From a candidate division WWE3 bacterium RIFCSPHIGHO2_02_FULL_38_14 (lineage in GTDB: Bacteria > Patescibacteriota > WWE3 > UBA101185 > UBA10185): DNA of 64,000 nt. The position numbers were made by a program, and so were the translations under genes. The notes below the pieces were generated by a model that had not been told where the DNA came from, ran no database searches, and saw only the letters and a list, made by a program, of their open reading frames with translations. This document shows, piece by piece, positions 30,301 to 37,877 of this stretch. Position 1 is the first letter of the stretch, and each line of letters starts with the position of its first letter. The stretch spans positions 9,084 through 73,083 of the forward strand of contig MEVD01000015.1 in the NCBI GenBank assembly GCA_001772865.1. Direction: 5' to 3'.

Positions 30301-32638
30301 CTCCCGGACCAAATTTCTCATCTTCGGTTCTGATTTTAACATTAAGCTTTTTCGACTCCGCCGGAACCGAAATATTTAAATACTTGCTCTCAAATTTCGA
30401 TCCCGAAAATATTCCCACATTTACAAAAATGTTCGGCATGTCAGTTTCCTCAAGTTTCAGCTCAAACACTTCTGAAGGCTTAGAAATATGCATTACCTGA
30501 TACCTGTTTACATAATTCCTGTGAAAAGAAATAAAGGCGTCAGTATTTATTTCCCTCGAAGAAATTAAGAGCTTCACGGTATCACCGGGCTTGTACTCTT
30601 TTTTATCCAACTGCATTTCAAATGCCTGAGGATTTTCCGAAGAATAAAACGGATACCTGTCATCATAAACCCACGAAAAAAATGTTTTTTCAAGAGTATT
30701 GCCGGCTTGGTCGGTGGCGGTAACTTTAAATCTGTAAGAACCCGGAAGATCAGGAGTAATCCTAAAACTCACATCACCTTTTGAATTTGTTTTTTCAGTC
30801 ACGTTTGCTATAGGATCCACCCGCATTTCATATGTGGGGTATTTTGACTCCGGTTTTTTAACTTCCACCCAATATTCCCGCGTCACCTGGGCATTAACTT
30901 GCACACCTGAAACATTAGAATCCCTGTAGGGAAATAATATTAGGGGAAGATCCAGTGGCTGATTGATTCTGTTAGAATACGAATATTCATCGCTTCTGAA
31001 AATTCCAAAATTTGCCGGATAGACTAAAATATTTCTTTGATCAGTGCTGGGATTGCCCGATCCGTCGTCGACCGTGGCCTCAAAAACATATATCTTCGGA
31101 TCAGGAGATTTTAAAGTAATTACATTAACGTCTGTTTCGCCGTTTTCATCCAAAAATATACTACCTTCAACTATTTTGTTCCCCGAACTGAACCAATACC
31201 CGTACCTGTAGTCGCTCTCGCTGAATCTTCTGGAATCGGAATAATATTCATATTCATAAATATCGTGGGCATAAACGGTATACGTTACAGAAACTCCGCT
31301 CAAAGGCTGCCCTGAAAAATAATTTCCTTTTAACTTAAAGTCAAATATATCGCCCGCAACCGCTTCGGTGATGGGAGTATCAACTTCAATAAAATATTCC
31401 GGCTTCCTGAAGTATTCAACATTAATATAAGCATAATTAACATCCGGCGAACCTGCGGCATTAATCATAATTGTATAGTTTCCTGTTTTGGTTTTTTCCG
31501 GAATCAACGACTCACCAAAAACCGTGCCATCGCCCGAAATATTTAGCCGTTCGTTGTAAATTATATTTTCGTTCTCATTCCAACCGTAATAAATTTTTAC
31601 ATTGGCCGCACCCTGTGGGATTGAATATTTGGCATCGTTATCCGACCTAATAATAGATTTAAAGTAAATGGTATCTCCGGGCCTGTAAATCGGTCGGTCA
31701 GTGAAAATAAAATATTTTGAATTCTTTGTTTTTTCCTCATACCCCGTCCAGCTCCATCCCCAGTTCAATGATGTAAGGTTCATAGGAATAAACGAAACAC
31801 TGCCACCTGATTCCGCAACCGCCAGATCCGCCCGCTCATTATAACTTGTTGTAGAAATTCCCTGGGCATCAAAACGGTCTTCATCGAGCTTTTCTATTCT
31901 GTTCAACAGGTTATAAGTGCGCACAACCCCTTCAGTAATGACCTTTTTGCTTTTATAATTTTGCCCCCAGAATATAAATTCGTTTTCGCCCTCGGTAGAC
32001 ATAACTCCGAAATTGCTCACAACGGCAAATGACTGTTTGTTTAATCCGCCGATATTTACATCAACCAGCCAGATCCCAGGCTTGCCCGAAGGCAGGTTTA
32101 CAGTTGTAGAAGCGCTTTTTACATCTGTAACATTCAGTGAAAATGAGCTCGCTTTTTCCAGACCGGATGTGCTGAGGCTTTTATCTACCTGATTAAACTC
32201 TTTGTCGTGTATCAAAAAGGTTAAAAGATTATTTGTGCCGGCATTATACAAATCCACCGTAAGCTTGCCGGTGACATTTTTAATATTTATTTCAATCTGG
32301 GGATTTTCAAGATCGCTGAAATTAATTAAACCCTGCATTCCACCGTAATAAAACTGTTCTCTGAGTGATTCGATTTTGCGGATGCCTATTTCGGGAGGAA
32401 TTTCTTCCGTACTTGCTAAAACCGCTGAATCACCCGCACTGCCGGGCTCAAATGCAACAGGCTCTTCCAGATTTTCCTGAGCAGTCTGCAAATTTGTTAA
32501 TTTACTTTTAAGTTCCGCGTTTCGGGCTAAACGGCTATTCTGTGATAAACCATCTAATTTAACGGTCTTAAAAATAAACAATCCGGAAAAAACAATTAAT
32601 AATAGCGAGAAATAGGTTATTAAGATCTTTTTAGGCAT
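27359..32638 (-). CDS. Alpha-2-macroglobulin family protein (thioester-containing), TM-anchored at both termini, with Hint/BIL domain inserted at the bait-region position
   Basis: 1759 aa. N-terminal TM/signal. Thioester motif YPYGCIEQTTSRL about aa 1217. TED-like MQNWDGGWSWW. Post-bait motif PRTVFKDTAYWNP. C-terminal TM IIMIFVVFAAVVMAVVIAS. Hint domain about aa 855-983. Confidence 0.85.
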   Translation of the reverse strand: MPKKILITYFSLLLIVFSGLFIFKTVKLDGLSQNSRLARNAELKSKLTNLQTAQENLEEPVAFEPGSAGDSAVLASTEEIPPEIGIRKIESLREQFYYGGMQGLINFSDLENPQIEINIKNVTGKLTVDLYNAGTNNLLTFLIHDKEFNQVDKSLSTSGLEKASSFSLNVTDVKSASTTVNLPSGKPGIWLVDVNIGGLNKQSFAVVSNFGVMSTEGENEFIFWGQNYKSKKVITEGVVRTYNLLNRIEKLDEDRFDAQGISTTSYNERADLAVAESGGSVSFIPMNLTSLNWGWSWTGYEEKTKNSKYFIFTDRPIYRPGDTIYFKSIIRSDNDAKYSIPQGAANVKIYYGWNENENIIYNERLNISGDGTVFGESLIPEKTKTGNYTIMINAAGSPDVNYAYINVEYFRKPEYFIEVDTPITEAVAGDIFDFKLKGNYFSGQPLSGVSVTYTVYAHDIYEYEYYSDSRRFSESDYRYGYWFSSGNKIVEGSIFLDENGETDVNVITLKSPDPKIYVFEATVDDGSGNPSTDQRNILVYPANFGIFRSDEYSYSNRINQPLDLPLILFPYRDSNVSGVQVNAQVTREYWVEVKKPESKYPTYEMRVDPIANVTEKTNSKGDVSFRITPDLPGSYRFKVTATDQAGNTLEKTFFSWVYDDRYPFYSSENPQAFEMQLDKKEYKPGDTVKLLISSREINTDAFISFHRNYVNRYQVMHISKPSEVFELKLEETDMPNIFVNVGIFSGSKFESKYLNISVPAESKKLNVKIRTEDEKFGPGENVEIQVETKDNNGRPVSADTALWIVDKALFELFPPDGRKIFDAFWSERFNETGFSNSLESISMDAAGGYGGCFTGDTLVLTEGNVFKHISEVEPGEYVLTRKSYDSGELVKAKVLNVHKTDVEGYLIINGDLKVTPEHVLRINDTWKTAGNIDTGDLLLGLDGSSAEVRSVEWVLDSVTVYNLEVENYHTYFAGGVWVHNDKGGTSAPRTVFKDTAYWNPSLKTDESGKATVTVKLPDNLTTWVISDIADTRETQVGQSTKEIVVTKDVIVRPIHPNLARVGDKMVMSSLVQNYTDNDSTFEVSLKVEENGGNDLSRSRELPLRGLTNPVQISSNSVKQIYWDYIPGFANEKTKFTYSAVSTENEEDSDTITVELPIKNFGYKEKTASTKYDSASYEINIPEDVLESESNYQLFLSSSLTGSMLSSMKYLVNYPYGCIEQTTSRLVPVIIAASNPDILSEALKEKNTDAMIDEGLERLRAMQNWDGGWSWWSSKISDVGITSYVAEYLVLLDTLKPGAVDDLLTSSKMYLENAQPNSLLDPIRIYSLSVMGSDKGKSFVSLSNDMTPDVLAYGVMANIRNGFKDNSKNGVSLILSKAVKQGESLFWESGAGDRFGSRDASTGLVVNALIMANVDKDTIFKGVRYLSNSRKHDYWSNTFGTVQVMRALVEYSKSVGELNPDFKYEVMLGDDVISSGAVTSAKQKINTLDLKGIKKGNAINLKVNKEGTGQLYSTMVLDQFRTAVETSKRSDGISISREYVNSKNPAYSLSVGETVNVNLIVEGLAYSESYGVLEDQLPAGMVPINYKFDNEKKSDSNLITHYYYNYGYNYYVREYTQNGVVMSLYSVPTGKFSYSYKARVVSEGEFLTPPATVSLMYSPEISGRSEAQVVTTSRNLVISKGTTTPLGGQLAAIFNANYSPKSRVLIIMIFVVFAAVVMAVVIASTLFVVKGIDARRLLKGRSKKSVDEASGNGESPHTEK
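29699..30075 (-). other. Hint (Hedgehog/intein) domain, bacterial-intein-like, embedded in the A2M ORF
   Basis: Block A CFTGDTLVLTEG (Cys1 codon 30073..30075), block B KVTPEHVL (TxxH), blocks F/G VYNLEVENYHTYFAGGVWVHN (Asn codon 29699..29701). The +1 residue is Asp (DKGG), so canonical splicing is not expected. Confidence 0.8.
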
Positions 32639-32748
32639 TTTTCCCCGAATAAATTATAATGCATTAAAGCAAGGTACTCTATAATTAAATCAGTGGGTTT
32701 AAAATTAAATTAAATTCATATGACACCTGCCGGAAAAGAATTAAAAGA

Positions 32749-33669
32749 ATGACTAAACACCTGACACAAGAAGAAGCTGAACGAATAAATCCCGATGTAG
32801 TGGCTGAAAAACTAAGGGAAGATCATGATAAAGCTATAGAGCTATTAAAAGCTGCGGGGTGCCGCCCTGAATCAACATCACCAAACGAAATCAGAAAACG
32901 GCTGATACTGGAAGCACTTCCCGAAGGGTTTCTGGAAGAACTCCAAGGATACATACCCTATTATTATAAGAAAGAAGAAGAAATATTTGGAAAAAAACAC
33001 AAATTCGAAACAGAAGTAGAACGGAAAGAATTTGAAAAACAGCTATTAAGGGGTGCGCTTTTTGAAATGCTTGTCCAGTACGACAAAGAAATTACACCTC
33101 CCCCAAACGAAACGGCAATGGAAATACTGGGAATAATGCAAAATCCCGAAGTGTTCGGATTGGAAAAAACCATCGGGTATAAACGAAATCCCGATGAAAC
33201 TTACGTAGAAATAGATGAAAAAGGACAAATTTTTATTAAAGTAATAGGCGAGGCTAAATTAGGGCATGTGGACGAAAGATTTTTGAGCCAGATGGAAAGT
33301 TTTGACGAAAACCTTCAGGCTATGGCTAATGTCATAAACAAAATGACCACACAAGAACTACAGGAGCACGGACTAGTACACCTGGCAACCAGAAGTGCAC
33401 AGATAGACACGGAATTTTCGGACGCCGCCCAACAAGAAAGGCCAAAAACACTGATATTGGGAGACGGAACCTACGGACACACCAAAGTATTAGCTATACC
33501 TGCCGACAGACTGCAGGATTTTGAATCTATGATGAAATACGAGCATCAAAACGAAACCAACAGGGAAAGATATATCGAAATAATGGGGGATGTAACGGTG
33601 AAAAGATCGGCTTTTAAAGCAAGAGAAGTAGGAGATATGGCCGACGGGCTTTACGAGAAAATGTTTTAA
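32749..33669 (+). CDS. Hypothetical protein
   Basis: 306-aa acidic soluble protein. Divergent from the A2M gene. Confidence 0.45.
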   Translation: MTKHLTQEEAERINPDVVAEKLREDHDKAIELLKAAGCRPESTSPNEIRKRLILEALPEGFLEELQGYIPYYYKKEEEIFGKKHKFETEVERKEFEKQLLRGALFEMLVQYDKEITPPPNETAMEILGIMQNPEVFGLEKTIGYKRNPDETYVEIDEKGQIFIKVIGEAKLGHVDERFLSQMESFDENLQAMANVINKMTTQELQEHGLVHLATRSAQIDTEFSDAAQQERPKTLILGDGTYGHTKVLAIPADRLQDFESMMKYEHQNETNRERYIEIMGDVTVKRSAFKAREVGDMADGLYEKMF

Positions 33670-33722
33670 ATTCCATTGACTCGATGAGAATTTAGACTGA
33701 AGATTTTGAAACTGCCGGGTTT

Positions 33723-33731
33723 TGGTATAAT
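33723..33731 (+). promoter_or_regulatory. Extended -10 promoter element (TGgTATAAT) upstream of tRNA-Gln
   Basis: TG-n-TATAAT at 33723..33731, about 26 nt upstream of the mature tRNA 5' end. Confidence 0.45.
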
Positions 33732-33757
33732 TTACGCGTTACTAACACAGATATTAA

Positions 33758-33831
33758 TGGGGGATCGTCTAATGGTAGGACACCAGGTTTTGGACCTGGG
33801 TATTGGGGTTCGAATCCCTGTCCCCCAGCCA
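33758..33831 (+). tRNA. trnQ: tRNA-Gln (anticodon UUG)
   Basis: U1:A72 acceptor TGGGGGA/TCCCCCA and discriminator G (typical of bacterial tRNA-Gln), anticodon stem CCAGG/CCTGG, loop TTTTGGA, T-loop TTCGAAT, CCA. Confidence 0.85.
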
Positions 33832-34135
33832 GAATAGGAACCCATAGCAGTCCGTTTCCTATATATTTCTTTTGATCACTGATAAAACCCGTTAGTTTAA
33901 AATTTAATTTTTCAAAACCAAATTCCGAAAACTTAAAAACTGGTTGCGTGTTTCAATAAATTGAATTGACATGACCTCACACTTACTCTACAATCAATAT
34001 AAGTACAAACATTATAAGAAATAGTTTAATAGCTTTCTATACGAATTTAACAAAAACTAATAGAGATATAGTTTCTGCACTTTTAAATATTAATTTGACT
34101 AAATAATTTTTTTTAGCATTATTGTTCATTAATCT

Positions 34136-34188
34136 CTCGGGAATTGAATTGTCAAGAAGATATGCTTCTTGATAGCTTTATTCCCGAG
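34136..34188. other. Nested perfect hairpin at the AT-rich to GC-rich transition
   Basis: Outer stem CTCGGGAAT/ATTCCCGAG (9 bp) encloses an inner palindrome TCAAGAAG-atatg-CTTCTTGA (8 bp). Confidence 0.6.
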
Positions 34189-34304
34189 GGTATGGGGGTC
34201 CGAGTCATAATTAAGACTCATACAACGTACCTCCCTTCCAGTTTCGACTGGATGAGCCCAAAAAACACGGACAAGCGTCTCCAAACCAGATGCTGCTAAT
34301 AGGG

Positions 34305-34551
34305 CATGAATTGGTTCCAGGAATGGACCGACTAGCCCGAGTCAGCGAAGAGCCATCAAAGGCATATGCGCTTTGATGGTATCCTCACGTGAATACGCGT
34401 GATGAGCTGGTTTGATTCGTGAGTTGACAGGACCGCGAGCGATCCGCGGGGTATAAAGTGAGTGCCTCTCTCTAACAGGGCAGAATAGAGGGAGTATTGA
34501 TTTCTTATATCTGGGTGACATGAATTGGTTCCAGGAATGGACTAACTAGCC
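34305..34551. repeat. Pair of 33-bp direct repeats (CATGAATTGGTTCCAGGAATGGAC[C/T][G/A]ACTAGCC) 214 bp apart in an ORF-free GC-rich segment
   Basis: Copies at 34305..34337 and 34519..34551, 31/33 identical. The surrounding 34189..34880 has no ORF of at least 60 aa on either strand and many local hairpins. Confidence 0.7.
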
Positions 34552-34904
34552 ACCCAGAAACAGAGAGATCAGCCATAGGTCGTTTAACTGTCTGTTTAAT
34601 CGACTTAAACATTTTCACAGACTCGGGTGAATGACTGGTAAACATTTACCTTGATGAGGGCTTACCCTTCTTCTTTCCAGGGCAGGGAGGAAAAAGTATG
34701 CTGTTGCCACCTGATGTTACTTAGATGGAGTAACAGCTTGGAGATGTCACCGGATAGGTAGAATTGATTTTCGAAACGTCTGCAGCGTTTGGAGAATTAG
34801 TCTACCCAAGGGTACGTGTTTACCCGTCCCTTCCGAAAGGGAAAAGCCAAAATTAGGTATACACCGTTCTGTGCCAACGTTTGGCACTATATGTGAGGAT
34901 AGAA

Positions 34905-35387
34905 ATGAAACGTTTGTATCTCCCACTAGTCATTGCGCTTCTCACAGCCATGCTCGTGGCTCCCGTGGCCATGGCCGCTGGTCCCGATCACGACAACAAC
35001 AACGCAAAGGCCAACGCCCCCGGTCAAGTCGCGAAGAACTCCGAAGACACCGAGGACAATGGTTCGACCTACGCTCCCGGCGTTCTGGCCAACGAGTCGG
35101 AAGACCCCGACGACAATGGCTCGGATTTCGCCCCCGGCCAGCTGAAGAAGGCTGAGGACGACACCGTCACCGATGCACCCGTCACCGACTCTACCGGCGA
35201 CAATTCCGACGGCGACAACAACAACGCAAAGGCCAACGCCCCCGGTCAAGTCGCGAAGAACTCCGAAGACACCGAGGACAATGGTTCGACCTACGCTCCC
35301 GGCGTTCTAGCCAACGAGTCGGAAGACCCCGACGACAATGGCAAGACGTACGCTCCCGGCCTGCTGAAGAAAGCAGAGCCACGCTAA
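34905..35387 (+). CDS. High-GC secreted repetitive acidic protein (D/N/E/G-rich, YAPG motifs)
   Basis: ATG at 34905 with GAGGA SD. Signal peptide MKRLYLPLVIALLTAMLVAPVAMA. The gene is about 63% GC against about 33% for the window. A 43-aa unit is repeated twice. The track ORF 34881 starts at an upstream TTG. Confidence 0.5.
   Translation: MKRLYLPLVIALLTAMLVAPVAMAAGPDHDNNNAKANAPGQVAKNSEDTEDNGSTYAPGVLANESEDPDDNGSDFAPGQLKKAEDDTVTDAPVTDSTGDNSDGDNNNAKANAPGQVAKNSEDTEDNGSTYAPGVLANESEDPDDNGKTYAPGLLKKAEPR
34991..35342. repeat. Two near-identical 130-bp direct repeats inside the GC-rich gene
   Basis: 34991..35120 and 35213..35342 differ at 1 position (ctggcc vs ctagcc). Confidence 0.8.
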
Positions 35388-35401
35388 GCGATCTGCCGCT
35401 T

Positions 35402-35452
35402 CCCGGTCCTCCAGTTCTTGTCACATCAATGATACAAGACTGGAGGGCCGGG
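35402..35452 (+). terminator. Long GC-rich hairpin downstream of the GC-rich gene (terminator-like, no U-tract)
   Basis: Stem CCCGGTCCTCCAGT / ACTGGAGGGCCGGG (13 of 14 bp) with a 23-nt loop containing its own TCTTGT..ACAAGA pairing. Begins 15 nt after the stop codon. Confidence 0.5.
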
Positions 35453-35541
35453 CGAACTATAAAATAACACTTAAAAAAATTAACTCCAAAATGTAGATAC
35501 TTTGTTAAAATAAGCACATATTTTAATTTAATATTTAAATA

Positions 35542-35871
35542 ATGAACAACTATGAAATAAAAGGTGAAATATTTACTTTTTTCGCAGCACTGTTTTTAGC
35601 ATTAAATACTATACTTGGTAGATATTTTGCTTTACAAATAGCACCATTATTACCATGGTTTTCCAGAAACGTAATTAATTTTCTGATTTTACTCACATTA
35701 CTCAAATTATATAAACCAAAAGGTTATATAAAGATTAATAAAAACGATTTAGCAAAGATTTTCTTAAGTGGAATTTTCTTTACATTCTCCAAAGAGCTGG
35801 CGAACTTCTTTGAAAATTTAATGGAGATGGAAAAAGAAATACAAATAGTTCTCTCTGCTCGATTTATCTAA
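35542..35871 (+). CDS. Small hydrophobic ORF, possibly a remnant of a degraded membrane-protein gene
   Basis: 109 aa hydrophobic. No motifs. Followed by 380 bp with only broken reading frames. Confidence 0.3.
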   Translation: MNNYEIKGEIFTFFAALFLALNTILGRYFALQIAPLLPWFSRNVINFLILLTLLKLYKPKGYIKINKNDLAKIFLSGIFFTFSKELANFFENLMEMEKEIQIVLSARFI

Positions 35872-36255
35872 TCCTGGATTGACTTCATGGATTTATTATA
35901 TACATTATAATTTCTTTTGTTAGTATTAATAATATAAATGACTTGTTATATTTATTACAAATATGATGGTAAATGCGGACTTGTTAGCTAACAGAATATA
36001 TTTTCTAAAAAATCTACCAGACGCATCTTAGAAAACAGTAATATTAAAATCTATTTTAGGACTATTTTTAGGAATCTTTCTGTCATTATTAATAAATTTA
36101 ACAATTTTTAGATTAATAGGATTAACAAATTTAGATTATTTAACAAGTCTTATTGTTAGTATATTGGTTCAAGATATTACACTATTAATAATAATTTATA
36201 TTTTATTCCATAACTCTTCAAAAGAAGACATTTTTAATTAACTATTTATAGAAAT

Positions 36256-36492
36256 TTGCGAAAAAGAGGGATTTTAATCGCTCTCATAATCAGATCTATA
36301 CTCTTTTCTATTTTTCATGGGAACTCAAGTATCCCTTTCTCATTTCTTTTTGGTATTGTCATGGCATTATATTACGAATTTACTAATAATTTCCCTAGAA
36401 CTGTAATAATTCACGCATTACACAATTATATAAATACTTACTATGCGACATTTTTACTTCTAGTTTTTTTCAAACAGCTTACAAATTTGTGA
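36256..36492 (+). pseudogene. C-terminal fragment of a CPBP (CAAX protease/Abi) family intramembrane protease
   Basis: Contains CPBP motif 2 (SIFHGNSS, FxxxH) and motif 3 (IHALHNYIN, HxxxN), but the EExxxR motif-1 region upstream is in disrupted frames. Confidence 0.45.
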
Positions 36493-36519
36493 ACTTTGAT
36501 CGTTGTATTAGACCTATAG

Positions 36520-36548
36520 TTGACAATTATCCGTTAGTATTATAAAAT
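36520..36548 (+). promoter_or_regulatory. Candidate sigma70-like promoter of pgsB-pgsCC copy 1
   Basis: Perfect -35 TTGACA at 36520..36525, and TATAAA/TAAAAT in the 15-17-bp spacing window, about 35 nt upstream of the ATG. The same TTGACA architecture occurs upstream of copy 2. Confidence 0.4.
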
Positions 36549-36581
36549 CCCCCCAACCAGTATTGTACTATTGGTATTATT

Positions 36582-37877
36582 ATGATTATTGTTGCTGCAA
36601 CAACATTGCTATTTTTAATATTTGTATTACTACAAAACTACTCGTATAGCCTTTTATTAAGAGGCGTGCCCTATAGAGTTCATGTTAATGGCATCCGGGG
36701 GAAGTCGTCTGTGACGCGCTATATCGCAGCAATCTTCAGAAAAGCTGATTTTATTACTTATGCAAAAACAACAGGTACGCAAGCTAGAATAATTGATAAT
36801 GAAGGTAATGAAAGTGAAGCACCAAGAAATGGCTCTCCTAATGTAAACGAGCAAATAACTATTATTAAGGACTTCATTAGCAAGGGTGCAAAGTCCATAG
36901 TTTTAGAATGTATGGCAATAAATCCGTTGTATCAAGAGTGGCTGGAAAATAAAGTTATTAAATCAAATATTTCAGTTATCACTAATGTAAGAACCGATCA
37001 TACAGATTATATGGGTGACACTTTGGAATCAATAGCAAAATCCTTAGCTACAACTATACCTACAAATGGCATATTAATTACGGGCGAAGAAAATCCGGAT
37101 ATTATAAATATATTAAAAAATAAATGCGAAAAAAATAACACAAGAATGATAGTTGCGGATAAATCAACTGTGAGCGATGAGGAATTAAATAATTTTGATT
37201 ATTATACCCATAAAGAAAATATTGCTATAGCTCTGGAAGTCGCTAAAATTATCGGTCTTGAGAGAAGTAAAGCAATGGAAAGTATGTTTAACGCTAACCC
37301 CGATCCCGGAAACTTTAAAATAAAATCCATAATGTATAAAAATAAGAACATAGCGTGGGCAAATCTTTTTGCAATTAACGATAAAGAAAGCTTTATTAAT
37401 GTGACAAAGGAAATATATTCACTTTATCCTAAATACACAAAAGTAATAATTCTAAATAACAGGTTTGACAGACCCAGCAGAGTAAAGTTGTTTACTGATA
37501 TTGTAACTAAAGAACACCCGGTTAATAAAATAGTAACGTTCGGTGATTTTGAAGAAGCAGTTAATAAATATGCTAAAAATAATGGTTTTAATTTAAATTA
37601 TGTTTTAAACCTTGGCAACTCCAGCAGAAAAAAACTAATTGAAGGCGAAGAACTATTTGACGCAATAATAGAGAGTATTAAGCAGAAAAATATTCTTTTC
37701 GTAGGCGCAATAAATACTCATACAGAACAGGCAGACAGGCTTTTAGAATGGATGTCTAATTTCGATAATAATTTACAAAAATTAGAAACCAAAGAAGCAT
37801 TAGTAAATACTTCTAATAATAATCTGTCATCTGGGAAAATTGGTAAAAATTTTAATTTAAGGGGGACACATGAGTAA
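36582..37877 (+). CDS. pgsB: PgsB/CapB-family amide ligase (poly-gamma-glutamate synthase-like, Mur-ligase fold)
   Basis: Family-diagnostic VNGIRGKSSVTRYIAA, AKTTGT.ARII, ECMAINPLYQ, ITNVRTDHTDYMG, TIPTNGILIT. Colinear with B. subtilis PgsB. Confidence 0.85.
   Translation: MIIVAATTLLFLIFVLLQNYSYSLLLRGVPYRVHVNGIRGKSSVTRYIAAIFRKADFITYAKTTGTQARIIDNEGNESEAPRNGSPNVNEQITIIKDFISKGAKSIVLECMAINPLYQEWLENKVIKSNISVITNVRTDHTDYMGDTLESIAKSLATTIPTNGILITGEENPDIINILKNKCEKNNTRMIVADKSTVSDEELNNFDYYTHKENIAIALEVAKIIGLERSKAMESMFNANPDPGNFKIKSIMYKNKNIAWANLFAINDKESFINVTKEIYSLYPKYTKVIILNNRFDRPSRVKLFTDIVTKEHPVNKIVTFGDFEEAVNKYAKNNGFNLNYVLNLGNSSRKKLIEGEELFDAIIESIKQKNILFVGAINTHTEQADRLLEWMSNFDNNLQKLETKEALVNTSNNNLSSGKIGKNFNLRGTHE

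Noticed and set aside
34305-34551. CRISPR array
   Set aside because: Only two 33-bp repeats with a 181-bp spacer, and no further copies or cas genes in the window.
34189-34660. Assignment of the GC-rich ORF-free segment as RNase P RNA
   Set aside because: There are isolated similarities (ACAGAGAG, GGGTGAA, AGGGCAGGG, a possible P4-like long-range pairing). But the universally conserved A-rich P4 nucleotides are absent and the motifs are out of canonical order. Kept only as a generic ncRNA candidate.
34871-35517. Overlapping ORFs on both strands inside the GC-rich region (34871..35155, 34926..35249 minus, 34933..35145, 35191..35517 minus)
   Set aside because: High GC suppresses stop codons and generates overlapping frames. 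Only the frame with a signal peptide, SD and the repeat structure (34905..35387) is credible. The Arg/Pro-rich alternatives look like frame artefacts.
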